DNA of 64,000 nucleotides from the NCBI GenBank assembly GCA_018971185.1, contig JAGXBH010000003.1:10815-74814 (forward strand), read 5' to 3'. Position numbers and translations under genes: made by a program. Positions 19,183 through 29,082 of the stretch are shown here, in pieces. Below the pieces are notes generated by a model that made no database searches, was not told the DNA's origin, and saw only the letters and a program-made list of their open reading frames with translations. The stretch is from Acidobacteriota bacterium (lineage in GTDB: Bacteria > Actinomycetota > Acidimicrobiia > Acidimicrobiales > RAAP-2). The first letter of the stretch is position 1. The number at the start of each line of letters is the position of its first letter.

Positions 19183-20325
19183 TTAGGCGCTCGCGAGGGA
19201 CACGGCGCGACGAGCGGCGTCCAACATGGTGGGTTCGGTGATCAGACGGTCATTGAGGTGCGGGGCGAGTATGGCGCGCCCCTCGACGGCGTTCGTGCCG
19301 TCGAGTCGAAGGACGATGGGGGCGTTGATGCTCACCCGCGACAGGGCCTCGAGGACGCCCTTGGCGACCTCGTCGACCCGGGTGATCCCGCCGAAGATGT
19401 TGACGAAGATGGCCGAGACCTTCGCGTCGGAGTTGATGACCTCCAGGGCCGCGGCCATGACGTCGGCGTTGGCGCCTCCGCCGATGTCGAGGAAGTTCGC
19501 GGCGGATCCCCCGACCTGGTTCACGACGTCCAGGGTGGACATCGCCAGACCGGCCCCGTTGGCGATGATGCCGATCGAGCCATCGAGACCGATGTAGTTC
19601 AGTCCCTTCTCCTTGGCCATCTTCTCGCGCGGGTCCTCGGTCTCGGTCGCGCGGAACTCCTCCCACTCGGGGTGGCGGAACGAGGCGTTCTCGTCGAGGG
19701 TGACCTTGGCGTCGAGCGCGTGGACCTTGCCCTCGGGCGTGAGGATCAACGGGTTGATCTCGGCCAGGTCGCAGTCGCCGGTCGTGTAGCAGTCGTAGAG
19801 CTTCACCAGGAGCTCCGCCGCCTGCTCGCGCGCCACCTCGTCGAGTTCGGCCTCGTGCACCCAGCGCCGCGCGGTCGCCAGGTCGAGACCGCGGACCGGG
19901 TCGATCGACAAGAAGGCGATGGCGTCGGGGTTCTCCTCGGCGACCACCTCGATCTCGACGCCGCCCTGGGCGCTCAGCATGCCGAGGTGCGTCTTGTTGG
20001 GCCGGTCCAAGGTGAACGACGCGTAGTACTCCTTGGCGATGTCGCTGGAGCGTTCGATCCACAGACGGTGCACGACGTGACCCTTGATGTCGAGCCCCAG
20101 GATGTTCTGCGCGTGCCGCCGGACCTCGTCGACGTCGTGGGCCAACTTGACGCCGCCGGCCTTGCCGCGACCGCCCACCTTGACCTGGGCCTTGACGACG
20201 ACGGGGTACCCGATGCGCTCGGCGACGGCCACCGCCTCCTCGACGGTGTCGGCGACGTCACCCGGCGAGACGGCGATGCCGAAGCGCGAGAAGTACTGCT
20301 TTCCCTGATACTCGAAGAGATCCAT
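19183..20325 (-). CDS. sucC: Succinyl-CoA synthetase beta subunit
   Basis: MDLFEYQGK, GGRGKAGG, ANGAGLAM, NIFGGI. Confidence 0.96.
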   Translation of the reverse strand: MDLFEYQGKQYFSRFGIAVSPGDVADTVEEAVAVAERIGYPVVVKAQVKVGGRGKAGGVKLAHDVDEVRRHAQNILGLDIKGHVVHRLWIERSSDIAKEYYASFTLDRPNKTHLGMLSAQGGVEIEVVAEENPDAIAFLSIDPVRGLDLATARRWVHEAELDEVAREQAAELLVKLYDCYTTGDCDLAEINPLILTPEGKVHALDAKVTLDENASFRHPEWEEFRATETEDPREKMAKEKGLNYIGLDGSIGIIANGAGLAMSTLDVVNQVGGSAANFLDIGGGANADVMAAALEVINSDAKVSAIFVNIFGGITRVDEVAKGVLEALSRVSINAPIVLRLDGTNAVEGRAILAPHLNDRLITEPTMLDAARRAVSLASA

Positions 20326-20371
20326 ACGACTCTGCTTTCTGAAGTTGGTGGGGGGACTACGACTTGGAGGG

Positions 20372-20794
20372 CTACGACGGGGTGGCGAGGTGCGCGTCGT
20401 CGAGCGTGGTCTCGAGCCACGCACCGATCTCGTGGAGTGACGCCCCCGGGGTGAAGACGCGGGCGACGCCCATGGCCGCGAGCGGCGCGACGTCGGCCTC
20501 GGGGATGATGCCGCCGACGACCAGCACCACGTCCTCGCGGCCGCTGGCGCGCAGCAGTTCGGCGATGCGCGGCACGAGGACCAGGTGGGCCCCGGACAAG
20601 AGTGACAGGCCCAGGGCGTCGGCGTCCTCCTGCACGACGGCGTCGACGATCTGCTCGGGGGTCTGGTGCAGGCCGGTGTAGACGACCTCGAAGCCAGCGT
20701 CGCGCAGGGTGCGCGCGATCACCTTGGCGCCGCGGTCGTGACCATCGAGACCGGGCTTGGCGACCACGACGCGATAGGTGCGCTTCACAACCAC
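20372..20794 (-). CDS. Stand-alone cobalamin-binding domain (acyl-CoA mutase small subunit)
   Basis: [11 protein letters not shown] (DxHxxG), SLLSGAH, GGIIP, FTPG. Confidence 0.92.
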   Translation of the reverse strand: MVVKRTYRVVVAKPGLDGHDRGAKVIARTLRDAGFEVVYTGLHQTPEQIVDAVVQEDADALGLSLLSGAHLVLVPRIAELLRASGREDVVLVVGGIIPEADVAPLAAMGVARVFTPGASLHEIGAWLETTLDDAHLATPS

Positions 20795-20867
20795 TCATCT
20801 TACGTGCGTCGCGACGCCTCGCCATTCGTGGGTGGCCGCTGAGGACCAGGGAGTAGCCTTGGGTTCT

Positions 20868-21770
20868 GTGAGCGGTCCAGGTAAGTCTCGGGGGACGATA
20901 CGAGCCCTGGCCTCAGCGATGCGCATCCCCCAGTGGGTCAAGAACGGCCTGCTCGTGGTCGCGCCCGGGGCGTCGGGGACGCTGTTTCACCGCTCCGTCC
21001 TGGCCAACACCGTCGTAGCCTTCGCGGCGTTCTGCTGCCTGTCCTCGAGCGTCTACATCCTCAACGACCTGCGCGACGTCGAGTCCGATCGCACCCACCC
21101 CACCAAGCGCTACCGGGCGATCGCGGCGGGCCAGCTCTCGCGTGCGCGGGCCCTGGGCGCGGCCGCGGTCCTGGCGACGATCGCGCTGCTCCTGCCCCTG
21201 CTGATCAACCGTCCCGGAGGCTTCTACCTGATCCTGGTCCTCTACCTCGTCGAGACGCTGAGCTACGTCTTCTGGCTGAAGAACACGGTGATCGTCGAAC
21301 TCGGTCTGGTCACCAGCGGGTTCTTCCTGCGCTCCTACGGCGGTGCGGTGGCCTCGCACATCCCGGTCTCCACCTGGTTCCTCATCGTGGTCACCTTCGG
21401 CGCTCTGTTCCTGGTGGTCGGCAAGCGCTCGGCCGAGCTGCGACACGTCGGCGCCACCAATCGCGCGGTCCTGAGCGAGTACACCAGCGAATTCCTGCAC
21501 TCGGCACTCACCATGTCGGCGACCGTCGTCGTCACGGCCTACTGCCTCTGGGCCATCGACACCTCCTCGACGGGCCTCTCCTCGATCAAACACGTGGTGA
21601 TCCCGGTGCGACTCTCGATGGTCCCGGTCGTCCTCGCCATCCTCTTCATCATGCGAGGGGCGGAGTCGAGCGACGGCGAGTCGCCCGAGGACCTGCTCCT
21701 GAAGAACCGCACCGTGCAGGTGCTGGCGGTCGTCTGGCTCGCCCTCATCGTCGGGGGGACCTACGCGTGA
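20868..21770 (+). CDS. Decaprenyl-phosphate 5-phosphoribosyltransferase (UbiA family, Rv3806c-like)
   Basis: RIPQWVKN, YILNDLRDVESDRTHPTKRYR, KRSAEL. Start estimated at GTG 20868 (TAGCCT upstream). Confidence 0.88.
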   Translation: MSGPGKSRGTIRALASAMRIPQWVKNGLLVVAPGASGTLFHRSVLANTVVAFAAFCCLSSSVYILNDLRDVESDRTHPTKRYRAIAAGQLSRARALGAAAVLATIALLLPLLINRPGGFYLILVLYLVETLSYVFWLKNTVIVELGLVTSGFFLRSYGGAVASHIPVSTWFLIVVTFGALFLVVGKRSAELRHVGATNRAVLSEYTSEFLHSALTMSATVVVTAYCLWAIDTSSTGLSSIKHVVIPVRLSMVPVVLAILFIMRGAESSDGESPEDLLLKNRTVQVLAVVWLALIVGGTYA

Positions 21771-23101
21771 CGCGCCAACGGCTCTTCGGCTGGGGGCGCA
21801 CGACGCCGGGCATGTCCGACGTCGAGTCACCGTCGTCGGAGGACCAGGTCGCCGAGGAACTCGCCCTGGGGGGCAACGCCATCGCGCGCGGACTCGGTCG
21901 CAGCTACGGTGACGCCGCGCAGGTCAGTGGCGGCGTGGTGCTGAGCAACCGGGCCCTCGGGGGGATCAGTGCCATCGCCCCCGACGGCGTGGTCACGGTC
22001 GGCGCCGGCGTGTCCCTCGACGAGCTGCTGGCGGTCACCATCCCCCAGGGTTGGTTCGTGCCGGTCACGCCGGGCACCCGCCAGGTGAGCATCGGCGGCG
22101 CCGTCGCCGCCGACGTGCACGGCAAGAACCACCATCGCGACGGCTCCCTCGGCGACCACGTCCTCGAGATGAGACTCGTCACGCCGGTCGGACGATTCCG
22201 CGTGTCACCCTCGGTGGAACCCGAACTGTTCTGGGCGACCATCGGCGGCATGGGGCTCACGGGCGTCGTGACCACGGTGACCCTGCGGCTGCTGCGGATC
22301 GAGACCGACAAGGTGCTCGTGGACACCAGTCGCCACGCGAACCTCGACGACGTCATGGCGGCGATGCTCAGCGGCGACGACGACTACCGCTACTCGGTGG
22401 CGTGGGTCGATTGCATGACCAAGGGCGCGGCCATGGGGCGCGCGATCCTCACCCGCGGCGAGCACGCGACCCGTCGCGACGTGACCGATCCGACGCTCGA
22501 ACCACCAGGCCGTGCGCGCCTGCGCGTGCCCTTCGAGGCGCCCTCGCACCTGCTCAACCCCCTCTCGATCCGCGCGTTCAACGAGGTCTGGTTCCGCAGC
22601 GCCCCGCGCCAGCGGGTGGGCGAGGAGCAGTCCCTCGGCGCGTTCTTCCACCCCCTCGATGGCGTGGACGACTGGAATCGGCTCTACGGTCGCCGCGGCT
22701 TCGTCCAGTACCAGTTCGCGGTCGCCGACGCCAAGGCCGAGTGCGTGGTGCGCGCGATCGATCGCCTGTCCTCCTCGGGCGTGCCGAGCTTCTTGGCGGT
22801 GCTCAAACGCTTCGGCCCCGCCAATCACGCCATGATGTCCTTCCCGATCTCGGGATGGACCCTGGCGCTCGACCTCCCGGTGGGTCCGAGCGCCCTCCCC
22901 GAGGTCCTCGACGACCTCGACGAGATGGTGATCGACGCCGGCGGTCGCGTGTACCTGGCCAAGGACGCGCGTCTGCGTCCCGAGGCCGTGCGGGTGATGT
23001 ACCCCCGGCTGCCCGAGTTCCTCGCCGTCAAGAACCGTGTCGACCCCCGCCACCAGCTGGTGAGCGACCTGGCGCGCCGACTCCACGTGGTAGGGAGATA
23101 G
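21767..23101 (+). CDS. dprE1: Decaprenylphosphoryl-beta-D-ribose oxidase-like FAD oxidoreductase
   Basis: GWGRT, ARGLGRSYGD, VTPGT, HGKNHH, FFHPLD, YLAKD; GTGA overlap with ubiA-like gene. Confidence 0.9.
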   Translation: MTRQRLFGWGRTTPGMSDVESPSSEDQVAEELALGGNAIARGLGRSYGDAAQVSGGVVLSNRALGGISAIAPDGVVTVGAGVSLDELLAVTIPQGWFVPVTPGTRQVSIGGAVAADVHGKNHHRDGSLGDHVLEMRLVTPVGRFRVSPSVEPELFWATIGGMGLTGVVTTVTLRLLRIETDKVLVDTSRHANLDDVMAAMLSGDDDYRYSVAWVDCMTKGAAMGRAILTRGEHATRRDVTDPTLEPPGRARLRVPFEAPSHLLNPLSIRAFNEVWFRSAPRQRVGEEQSLGAFFHPLDGVDDWNRLYGRRGFVQYQFAVADAKAECVVRAIDRLSSSGVPSFLAVLKRFGPANHAMMSFPISGWTLALDLPVGPSALPEVLDDLDEMVIDAGGRVYLAKDARLRPEAVRVMYPRLPEFLAVKNRVDPRHQLVSDLARRLHVVGR

Positions 23102-23103
23102 TC

Positions 23104-23871
23104 ATGGAAAACGCCTTTGGTCAACCCCAGAACGTCATCGTCCTCGCCGGGAGTTCCGAGATCGCGCGGGCGATCACGAAGAAGCTCTGCGCCGCGCGCG
23201 CACGCACCGTGATACTCGCCGGGCGTCACCAGGAGTCGCTCGACGACGCGGCGCGTGAGGCCCTGGACTACGGCGCCTCGCGCACCGACACCGTCCTCTT
23301 CGATGCCGAGGACGTCGCGGGCGCGGCCCGGGTCGTGCGTGAGGCCTTCGACAAGGTGGGAGACCCCGTGGACCTGGTCCTCGTCGCAGTGGGTCTGCTC
23401 GGGAACCAGGTACGCGACCAGAGCGACGCCGTCGCCGCCGCACGCGTCGTGAACGTCAACTTCACCTGGCCGGTCGCGGCGCTGAGCGAGGTCCGCAATC
23501 GGCTCCTGGCGCAGGGCAGCGGGCGGATCGTGGTGATCTCATCAGTGGGTGCGGTCCGGGTGCGCGCGAGCGCCTACCTCTACGGCGGGGCCAAGGCCGG
23601 CCTCGACCGGCTGTGTCAGGGCATGGCCGACTCGCTGCGCGGCACGGGGGTGTCGCTGCACATCGTGCGCCCCGGCGCCGTGCGCACGCGCATGACCGAG
23701 GGTCTGGCCGAGGTGCCCTTCACGACGGGGGTGAACGAGGTCGCGACCAACGTCATGAAGGGCCTCGCGCGCGGCGACGAGGTGATCTGGAGCCCGCCGG
23801 TGCTGAAGTACGTCTACGCCGTCCTGCGCCACCTGCCCGGGCCGCTGTGGCGCAAGGTGATGGACCGCTAG
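23104..23871 (+). CDS. dprE2: Decaprenylphosphoryl-2-keto-pentose reductase-like SDR
   Basis: MENAFGQPQ...GSSEIA, YGGAKAGLD, VRPGAVRTRMT; follows dprE1. Confidence 0.85.
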   Translation: MENAFGQPQNVIVLAGSSEIARAITKKLCAARARTVILAGRHQESLDDAAREALDYGASRTDTVLFDAEDVAGAARVVREAFDKVGDPVDLVLVAVGLLGNQVRDQSDAVAAARVVNVNFTWPVAALSEVRNRLLAQGSGRIVVISSVGAVRVRASAYLYGGAKAGLDRLCQGMADSLRGTGVSLHIVRPGAVRTRMTEGLAEVPFTTGVNEVATNVMKGLARGDEVIWSPPVLKYVYAVLRHLPGPLWRKVMDR

Positions 23872-23895
23872 GCCGACATCCCGGCGCGCTTCGCG

Positions 23896-25176
23896 CTAGC
23901 CGGCCGTCGCGACGCTCTGGTACTTGGGCTTGAGGCTCATCACGAAGAAGTCTCGGGTCCACCAGTTGGCGAAGAAGCGACCGGGGTTGCCGATCATCCC
24001 CGGCAGCAGGTTCGTGCCCTGCGCACCGTTGATCGCGGTCCCGATGGGTCCGGCGTACGTCGTGTACTGGACCCAGTCGGTGTTGATGTCGAGCTGCATC
24101 GCGCGCACGGCACCCGCGCGCACCAGCGTGTTGGCGAGGTCGCTGATGGACAGGCCGTCACCGCCGGCGTAGACGAGCGCCCCGTCGGCGGTGATCCCCA
24201 GGCCCGACCGCCAGACGTTGAAGGTGCCGCCGAGGGTCTTACCCCACTTGATGGCGTTGGCCGCCCCCAGGCCCGGGACCGCCTTGCCGCCGTCGACGAT
24301 GAGGTCGAGGTTCTGGCGCACCGACGCGACCGGCGAGCCCGCGGCGTCGGGGGCCATGGAGAAGTCACGCCCCCACTCGCCCACGTTCATGGTCCCGTCC
24401 TTGTAGATGATGGCGGTGGCCGCGCCCGGGCGCAGGGGGATGATCAACTTGTTGTCCGTGTAGTAACCACCGTTCGCGTCCTGCATGCGAAAGCCCGCGT
24501 TGAAGGCGGCGACGATGGTCTTGGACGCCGTCGCCGAGATGGGCGCGGTGAGGGTGTAGGGGCCACCCCCGGGGATCTGCGAGCCCGAGTAGAGCTGCCC
24601 CGAGAGGATCTTCGTGTCCATCCACGCCACGCCGACGACGTAGCTGGTGTGGATCGCGTCGGGCCGGATGAACGTGGTGTAGACCGCCGGGATCCCGTTG
24701 GCGGTGTATCGACCGGCGGGCGACCACTTCCCCTCGCCCGCGAGGGGCACCGCGGCGGGCGACACCAGCGGTGCGGGCATCGGGAGCGGCTGCGTGCCCG
24801 AAACGGGCGTGACGGTGGAGGTCTTGGGCAGGGCCGAGGTCGAGGGCGTGCCGCCGACCCTCGCCGGGTGCAGCTTGTTGTACTCGGTCTCGGCCCACGT
24901 CACGATCGGGCCGATGCCGTGCTGGCGACCCCACTCGGCGAAACGCGCCTGCAGCGACACGCCGTAGGAGGGGTTACCCAGGGCGAACCCGAGCGTGACG
25001 CCGTAGTAGGAGAAGACGACCAGGGTGAAGATCGCCGCCACCACGATGGCGCGCCGGCGCCAGTAGACGTAACGGGGTAACCGGTGCCCGTGACGGGGGC
25101 CCGCACGATAGGGCGCCCGCGTCCTCGGTCCCGGTTGCGGACGAGGTTGAGGGCGCGGCGGCGCTTCATTACTCAT
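23896..25176 (-). CDS. Membrane-anchored phosphodiester glycosidase (NAGPA-like) family protein
   Basis: N-terminal TM, AAFNAGF, VRQNL, WRSGLG, AMQLDIN, RDFF. Confidence 0.72.
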   Translation of the reverse strand: MSNEAPPRPQPRPQPGPRTRAPYRAGPRHGHRLPRYVYWRRRAIVVAAIFTLVVFSYYGVTLGFALGNPSYGVSLQARFAEWGRQHGIGPIVTWAETEYNKLHPARVGGTPSTSALPKTSTVTPVSGTQPLPMPAPLVSPAAVPLAGEGKWSPAGRYTANGIPAVYTTFIRPDAIHTSYVVGVAWMDTKILSGQLYSGSQIPGGGPYTLTAPISATASKTIVAAFNAGFRMQDANGGYYTDNKLIIPLRPGAATAIIYKDGTMNVGEWGRDFSMAPDAAGSPVASVRQNLDLIVDGGKAVPGLGAANAIKWGKTLGGTFNVWRSGLGITADGALVYAGGDGLSISDLANTLVRAGAVRAMQLDINTDWVQYTTYAGPIGTAINGAQGTNLLPGMIGNPGRFFANWWTRDFFVMSLKPKYQSVATAG

Positions 25177-25273
25177 GGAGACCCAATTTTACACGGGCCC
25201 TCCGTCGGGGTCTTCTAAACGTCTCAACATCCACTAAAGAATGACTAAGAACCCTGACGAGCGCCGAGGAGGC

Positions 25274-27559
25274 CTACGCCCTCTTCAAGGGGGTCATCGC
25301 CAGGATCAACTGCTTCGTGCCGTGGTCGTCGAAGTTGACCCTCGCGCGCGGCTGCGCCGCGCTGCCCTCGACGCTCAGCACCGTGCCGAGGCCGTAGCGA
25401 TCGTGCACCACCCGTTCGCCCACCACGAGTCCCAGTTTCTCCGCACCGGTGGACCGCACCGGGGGTGCCGTCCCGGCTCCGAAGGCCCGCCCCGCCGTGA
25501 AGTCGCCCCCACGACCCACGAAGCCGTCCTCGTCGGACGCGAAAGTGGCGCGTCGGGTCGGCAACGACGCGGAGATGTCGTGGATCAGTTCGGCCGGGAT
25601 CTCCTGCAAGAAACGACTCGGCAGCGCCTCGGTGCGATTGCCCCAGGTGGTGCGGCTCCACGCGTGGGTGAGGATGAGGTGGCGCATCGCGCGCGTCACG
25701 CCCACGTAGCACAGTCGGCGTTCCTCCTCGAGCTCGGCGTCGTCGGAGAGGGCGCGTCGGTGAGGAAAGATCGTCTCCTCCAGTCCGGTGATCACGACGA
25801 GGGGGAACTCGAGTCCCTTGGCCACGTGCATGGTCATCATCGAGATCGCCCCGACTCCCGCGTCGAGCTGATCGGAGTCGGCCACGAGCGCCATGCGCTC
25901 CACGAAGTCCATCAACGTGTCGTACTGGGCCGCCGCCGACGCCAACTCGCCCAGGTTCTCCAGTCGCGAGATGGCCTCGTCGGAGTCCTCCGCGCGCAGG
26001 GCGTCGCCCATCCCCGTCTCGCGCACGATCGCGTCGATCATCTCGCGCGGCGTGAGGTCGTGGGACATCGCACGCAACTCGTCCATGACGAAGGCGAACC
26101 GCTCGGCGCCACTGAGGGCGCGACCGGTGAGGCCGGCGGCGGCGCCGTACTGGGCCGCCTCGGCGAAGGAGATCGAGTTCTCGGCGGCGTACGTCCCGAG
26201 CTTGGTCTGGGCGGCGTCGCCGACGCCGCGCTTGGGCTCGTTGATCACGCGACGGGCCGACGCCTCGTCACGCGGGTTGACGATGAGGCGCGCGTAGGCC
26301 AGTGCGGTCTTGATCTCCTTGCGGTCGTAGAAGCGCATCCCCGAGATCACGCGATAGGGGATGCGCGCGCGCAGCATCTCCTCCTCCAGGACACGACTCT
26401 GGGCGTTGGTCCGGTAGAAGACGGCCATCTGGTTCCACTCGATGCCCGCCTCGACGCGCGCGCGACGTAGCTCGGTGGCGACCCAGCGCCCCTCGTCGTA
26501 CTCGTCGCCCGCGCGATAGAGGCGGATCCTCTCGCCGGGCCCGTGGTCCGTGAAGAGGTTCTTGGCGTGGCGCGAGGCGTTCTTGGCGATGACCGCGTTG
26601 GCGGCGTCGAGGATCGTCTGGGTGGAGCGGAAGTTCTGCTCGAGCAGGATCACCTCGGCGTCGGGGAACCGCTCCTCGAACTGCAGGATGTTGCGGACGT
26701 CGGCCGCACGGAAGCGGTAGATCGACTGGTCGGAGTCGCCCACCACGCAGAGATTGCGATGGGCCGCGGCGAGCAGGAGCACCAGTTCGTTCTGGACCCC
26801 GTTGGTGTCCTGGAACTCGTCGACCAGTAGGTACTTGAATCGTCGCTGATACGACGCGAGCACGGTGGCGTCGGCGCGCAGCATGCCCACCGCGTTCAAC
26901 AGGAGGTCGTCGAAGTCCATGGCGTTGGCGAGCTTGAGTCGCGTCTCGTAGAGCCGGTAGATCTCGGCGACGCGCCGGTGGTTGGGATCGTCGCCGCGCC
27001 CTTGGTCCGCGTAGCGCTCGGCGGAGAGCATCTCGTTCTTGGCCGCCGAGATGGCCGAGGCGACACTTCGCGGACTGATCCGCTTGGTGTCGAGGTTGAG
27101 TTCCTTCATGATGCGCTCGACGGCGCTCTCGGCGTCACCCGCGTCGTAGATCGTGAATCCGCGCTCGTAGCCGAGTACGTCGGCGTGGGCGCGCAACAGA
27201 CGCAGGCACGCCGAGTGGAACGTGGAGACCCACATGCTCCTGGCGTCCTCGCCCACCAGGTCCACGACGCGTCGGCGCATCTCGTCGGCCGCCTTGTTGG
27301 TGAAGGTGATGGCCATGATCTCGTGCGCGCGCGCGTCGCCGGTGGCGAGCAGGTGGGCGATCCGCCGCGTGAGGACCCGGGTCTTGCCCGATCCGGCACC
27401 CGCGATCACCAGCAGCGGACCACCGCGTTGCACCACCGCGCGACGCTGAGGACCGGTCAGGCCCTCCAGCAGACTGTCGGGATCGAGGGCCGCCACCGGG
27501 TCCTGGGCGCCCTCCCCCCAGAGGGCCTCGTCGGAGAAGGAGCGGCGACTCACTCCCAT
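25274..27559 (-). CDS. pcrA: ATP-dependent DNA helicase UvrD/PcrA
   Basis: [37 protein letters not shown]-terminal Tudor-like domain. Confidence 0.95.
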   Translation of the reverse strand: MGVSRRSFSDEALWGEGAQDPVAALDPDSLLEGLTGPQRRAVVQRGGPLLVIAGAGSGKTRVLTRRIAHLLATGDARAHEIMAITFTNKAADEMRRRVVDLVGEDARSMWVSTFHSACLRLLRAHADVLGYERGFTIYDAGDAESAVERIMKELNLDTKRISPRSVASAISAAKNEMLSAERYADQGRGDDPNHRRVAEIYRLYETRLKLANAMDFDDLLLNAVGMLRADATVLASYQRRFKYLLVDEFQDTNGVQNELVLLLAAAHRNLCVVGDSDQSIYRFRAADVRNILQFEERFPDAEVILLEQNFRSTQTILDAANAVIAKNASRHAKNLFTDHGPGERIRLYRAGDEYDEGRWVATELRRARVEAGIEWNQMAVFYRTNAQSRVLEEEMLRARIPYRVISGMRFYDRKEIKTALAYARLIVNPRDEASARRVINEPKRGVGDAAQTKLGTYAAENSISFAEAAQYGAAAGLTGRALSGAERFAFVMDELRAMSHDLTPREMIDAIVRETGMGDALRAEDSDEAISRLENLGELASAAAQYDTLMDFVERMALVADSDQLDAGVGAISMMTMHVAKGLEFPLVVITGLEETIFPHRRALSDDAELEEERRLCYVGVTRAMRHLILTHAWSRTTWGNRTEALPSRFLQEIPAELIHDISASLPTRRATFASDEDGFVGRGGDFTAGRAFGAGTAPPVRSTGAEKLGLVVGERVVHDRYGLGTVLSVEGSAAQPRARVNFDDHGTKQLILAMTPLKRA

Positions 27560-29082
27560 TCGATGGTGCCCGGTGGCTTGGACGTCACGTCCAGGGCCAC
27601 CCGATTGACACCCGGCACCTCTCGGATCAGCCGATTCGCGATGGACTCGATGACGTCGTAGGGCAGACGCGCCCAGTCCGCGGTCATGGCGTCGTCGGAG
27701 GTGACGGCGCGGATGACGATCGGGTACTCGTAGGTCCGTCCGTCTCCCATCACCCCCACCGTACGCACCGCCGGTAACACCGCGAAGCTCTGCCAGAGCT
27801 CGCGGTAGAGTCCCGCCCGCCTGATCTCGTCCACCACGACGTGGTCGGCGTTGCGCAGGATCTCGGCGCGCTCACGCGTCACCTCGCCGATGATCCGCAC
27901 GCCAAGTCCCGGCCCGGGGAAGGGCTGGCGCCACACGATCTGCGCCGGAAGTCCGAGCTCCTCGCCCACGTGGCGTACCTCGTCCTTGAAGAGACTGCGC
28001 AGGGGCTCGATCAGCTCGAAGGAGAGGTCGTCGGGTAACCCCCCCACGTTGTGGTGGCTCTTGATGTTGGCGGCGTGACCCGAGCCCGACTCGATCACGT
28101 CGGGGTAGAGGGTCCCCTGCACCAAGAATCGCGGCGACTCTCCCTCGGCCAACTCGCGCGCGACGGCCTCGAACTCGCGGATGAAGAGCTCGCCGATGAT
28201 CTTTCGTTTGCGCTCGGGGTCGACGACGCCGGCCAGCGCGTCGAAGAAGCGGTCCTGGGCCTTGACGTGGATGAGGCGCACGCCGAATTGACGCGTGAAG
28301 GTCGCCTCGATCTGCTCCCCCTCGTCCTTGCGCATCAAACCGGTGTCGACGAAGACGCACGTCAGCTGCGTCCCGATGGCCTTGGTGACCAGCGCCGCGG
28401 CCACCGCGGAGTCCACCCCGCCCGAGAGGGCGCACAGCACCCGCTCGTCACCGACCCGGGCGCGGATCGCCGCCACCTGGTCGTCGATGATCGAGGTGTT
28501 CGTCCACGTGGGCGCGATCTCGGCGACGTCGTGCAGGAAGGTCTCGAGGAGCTCCTGTCCCCGTTCGGCGTGGGCCACCTCGGGGTGGAACTGCACGCCG
28601 AAGAGGCGTCGCCGCGGGTCCTCCATCACCGCCACCGGGGCGAGCGGCGTCGCGGCGCTGACCACGAAACCCTCGGGTGCCCGGGCGATGGCGTCGCCGT
28701 GGCTCATCCAGCACGACTGGGTCTCGGGCCACTCGGCCATCAGCGAACTCGCTCCCTGCCGGGTCAGTTCGGTACGCCCGTACTGGCCGCCGCCGGTGTG
28801 GGCCACCTCGCCGCCGAGTTGCAGGGCCATGAGCTGGGCTCCGTAGCAGATGCCCAGGATCGGGATGCCGAGCTCGAAGATCGCGGGGTCCAACTGCGGC
28901 GCCGGCACCTCGTACACCGACTTCGGACCGCCCGAGAGGATGATGGCCGCGGGTCCCTTGGCGCGCACCTCGTCCGCGGTGATGGTGCTCTGGACGATCT
29001 CGGAGTAGACCCGAGCCTCACGGACCCGGCGCGCGATGAGTTGGGCGTACTGCGCCCCGAAGTCGACGACCAGGACGGTCAA
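27550..29082 (-). CDS. guaA: GMP synthase (glutamine-hydrolysing)
   Basis: [31 protein letters not shown]. Confidence 0.97.
   Translation of the reverse strand: MTVLVVDFGAQYAQLIARRVREARVYSEIVQSTITADEVRAKGPAAIILSGGPKSVYEVPAPQLDPAIFELGIPILGICYGAQLMALQLGGEVAHTGGGQYGRTELTRQGASSLMAEWPETQSCWMSHGDAIARAPEGFVVSAATPLAPVAVMEDPRRRLFGVQFHPEVAHAERGQELLETFLHDVAEIAPTWTNTSIIDDQVAAIRARVGDERVLCALSGGVDSAVAAALVTKAIGTQLTCVFVDTGLMRKDEGEQIEATFTRQFGVRLIHVKAQDRFFDALAGVVDPERKRKIIGELFIREFEAVARELAEGESPRFLVQGTLYPDVIESGSGHAANIKSHHNVGGLPDDLSFELIEPLRSLFKDEVRHVGEELGLPAQIVWRQPFPGPGLGVRIIGEVTRERAEILRNADHVVVDEIRRAGLYRELWQSFAVLPAVRTVGVMGDGRTYEYPIVIRAVTSDDAMTADWARLPYDVIESIANRLIREVPGVNRVALDVTSKPPGTIEWE

Noticed and set aside
15182-19186. 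1334-aa plus-strand ORF
   Set aside because: Antisense shadow of folD-purH-purN-sucD in high-GC DNA; no domain motifs.
14890-20371. ZTP, SAM or cobalamin riboswitch before purH, metF or sucC
   Set aside because: Intergenic gaps are 0-46 nt and no aptamer motif is recognisable.
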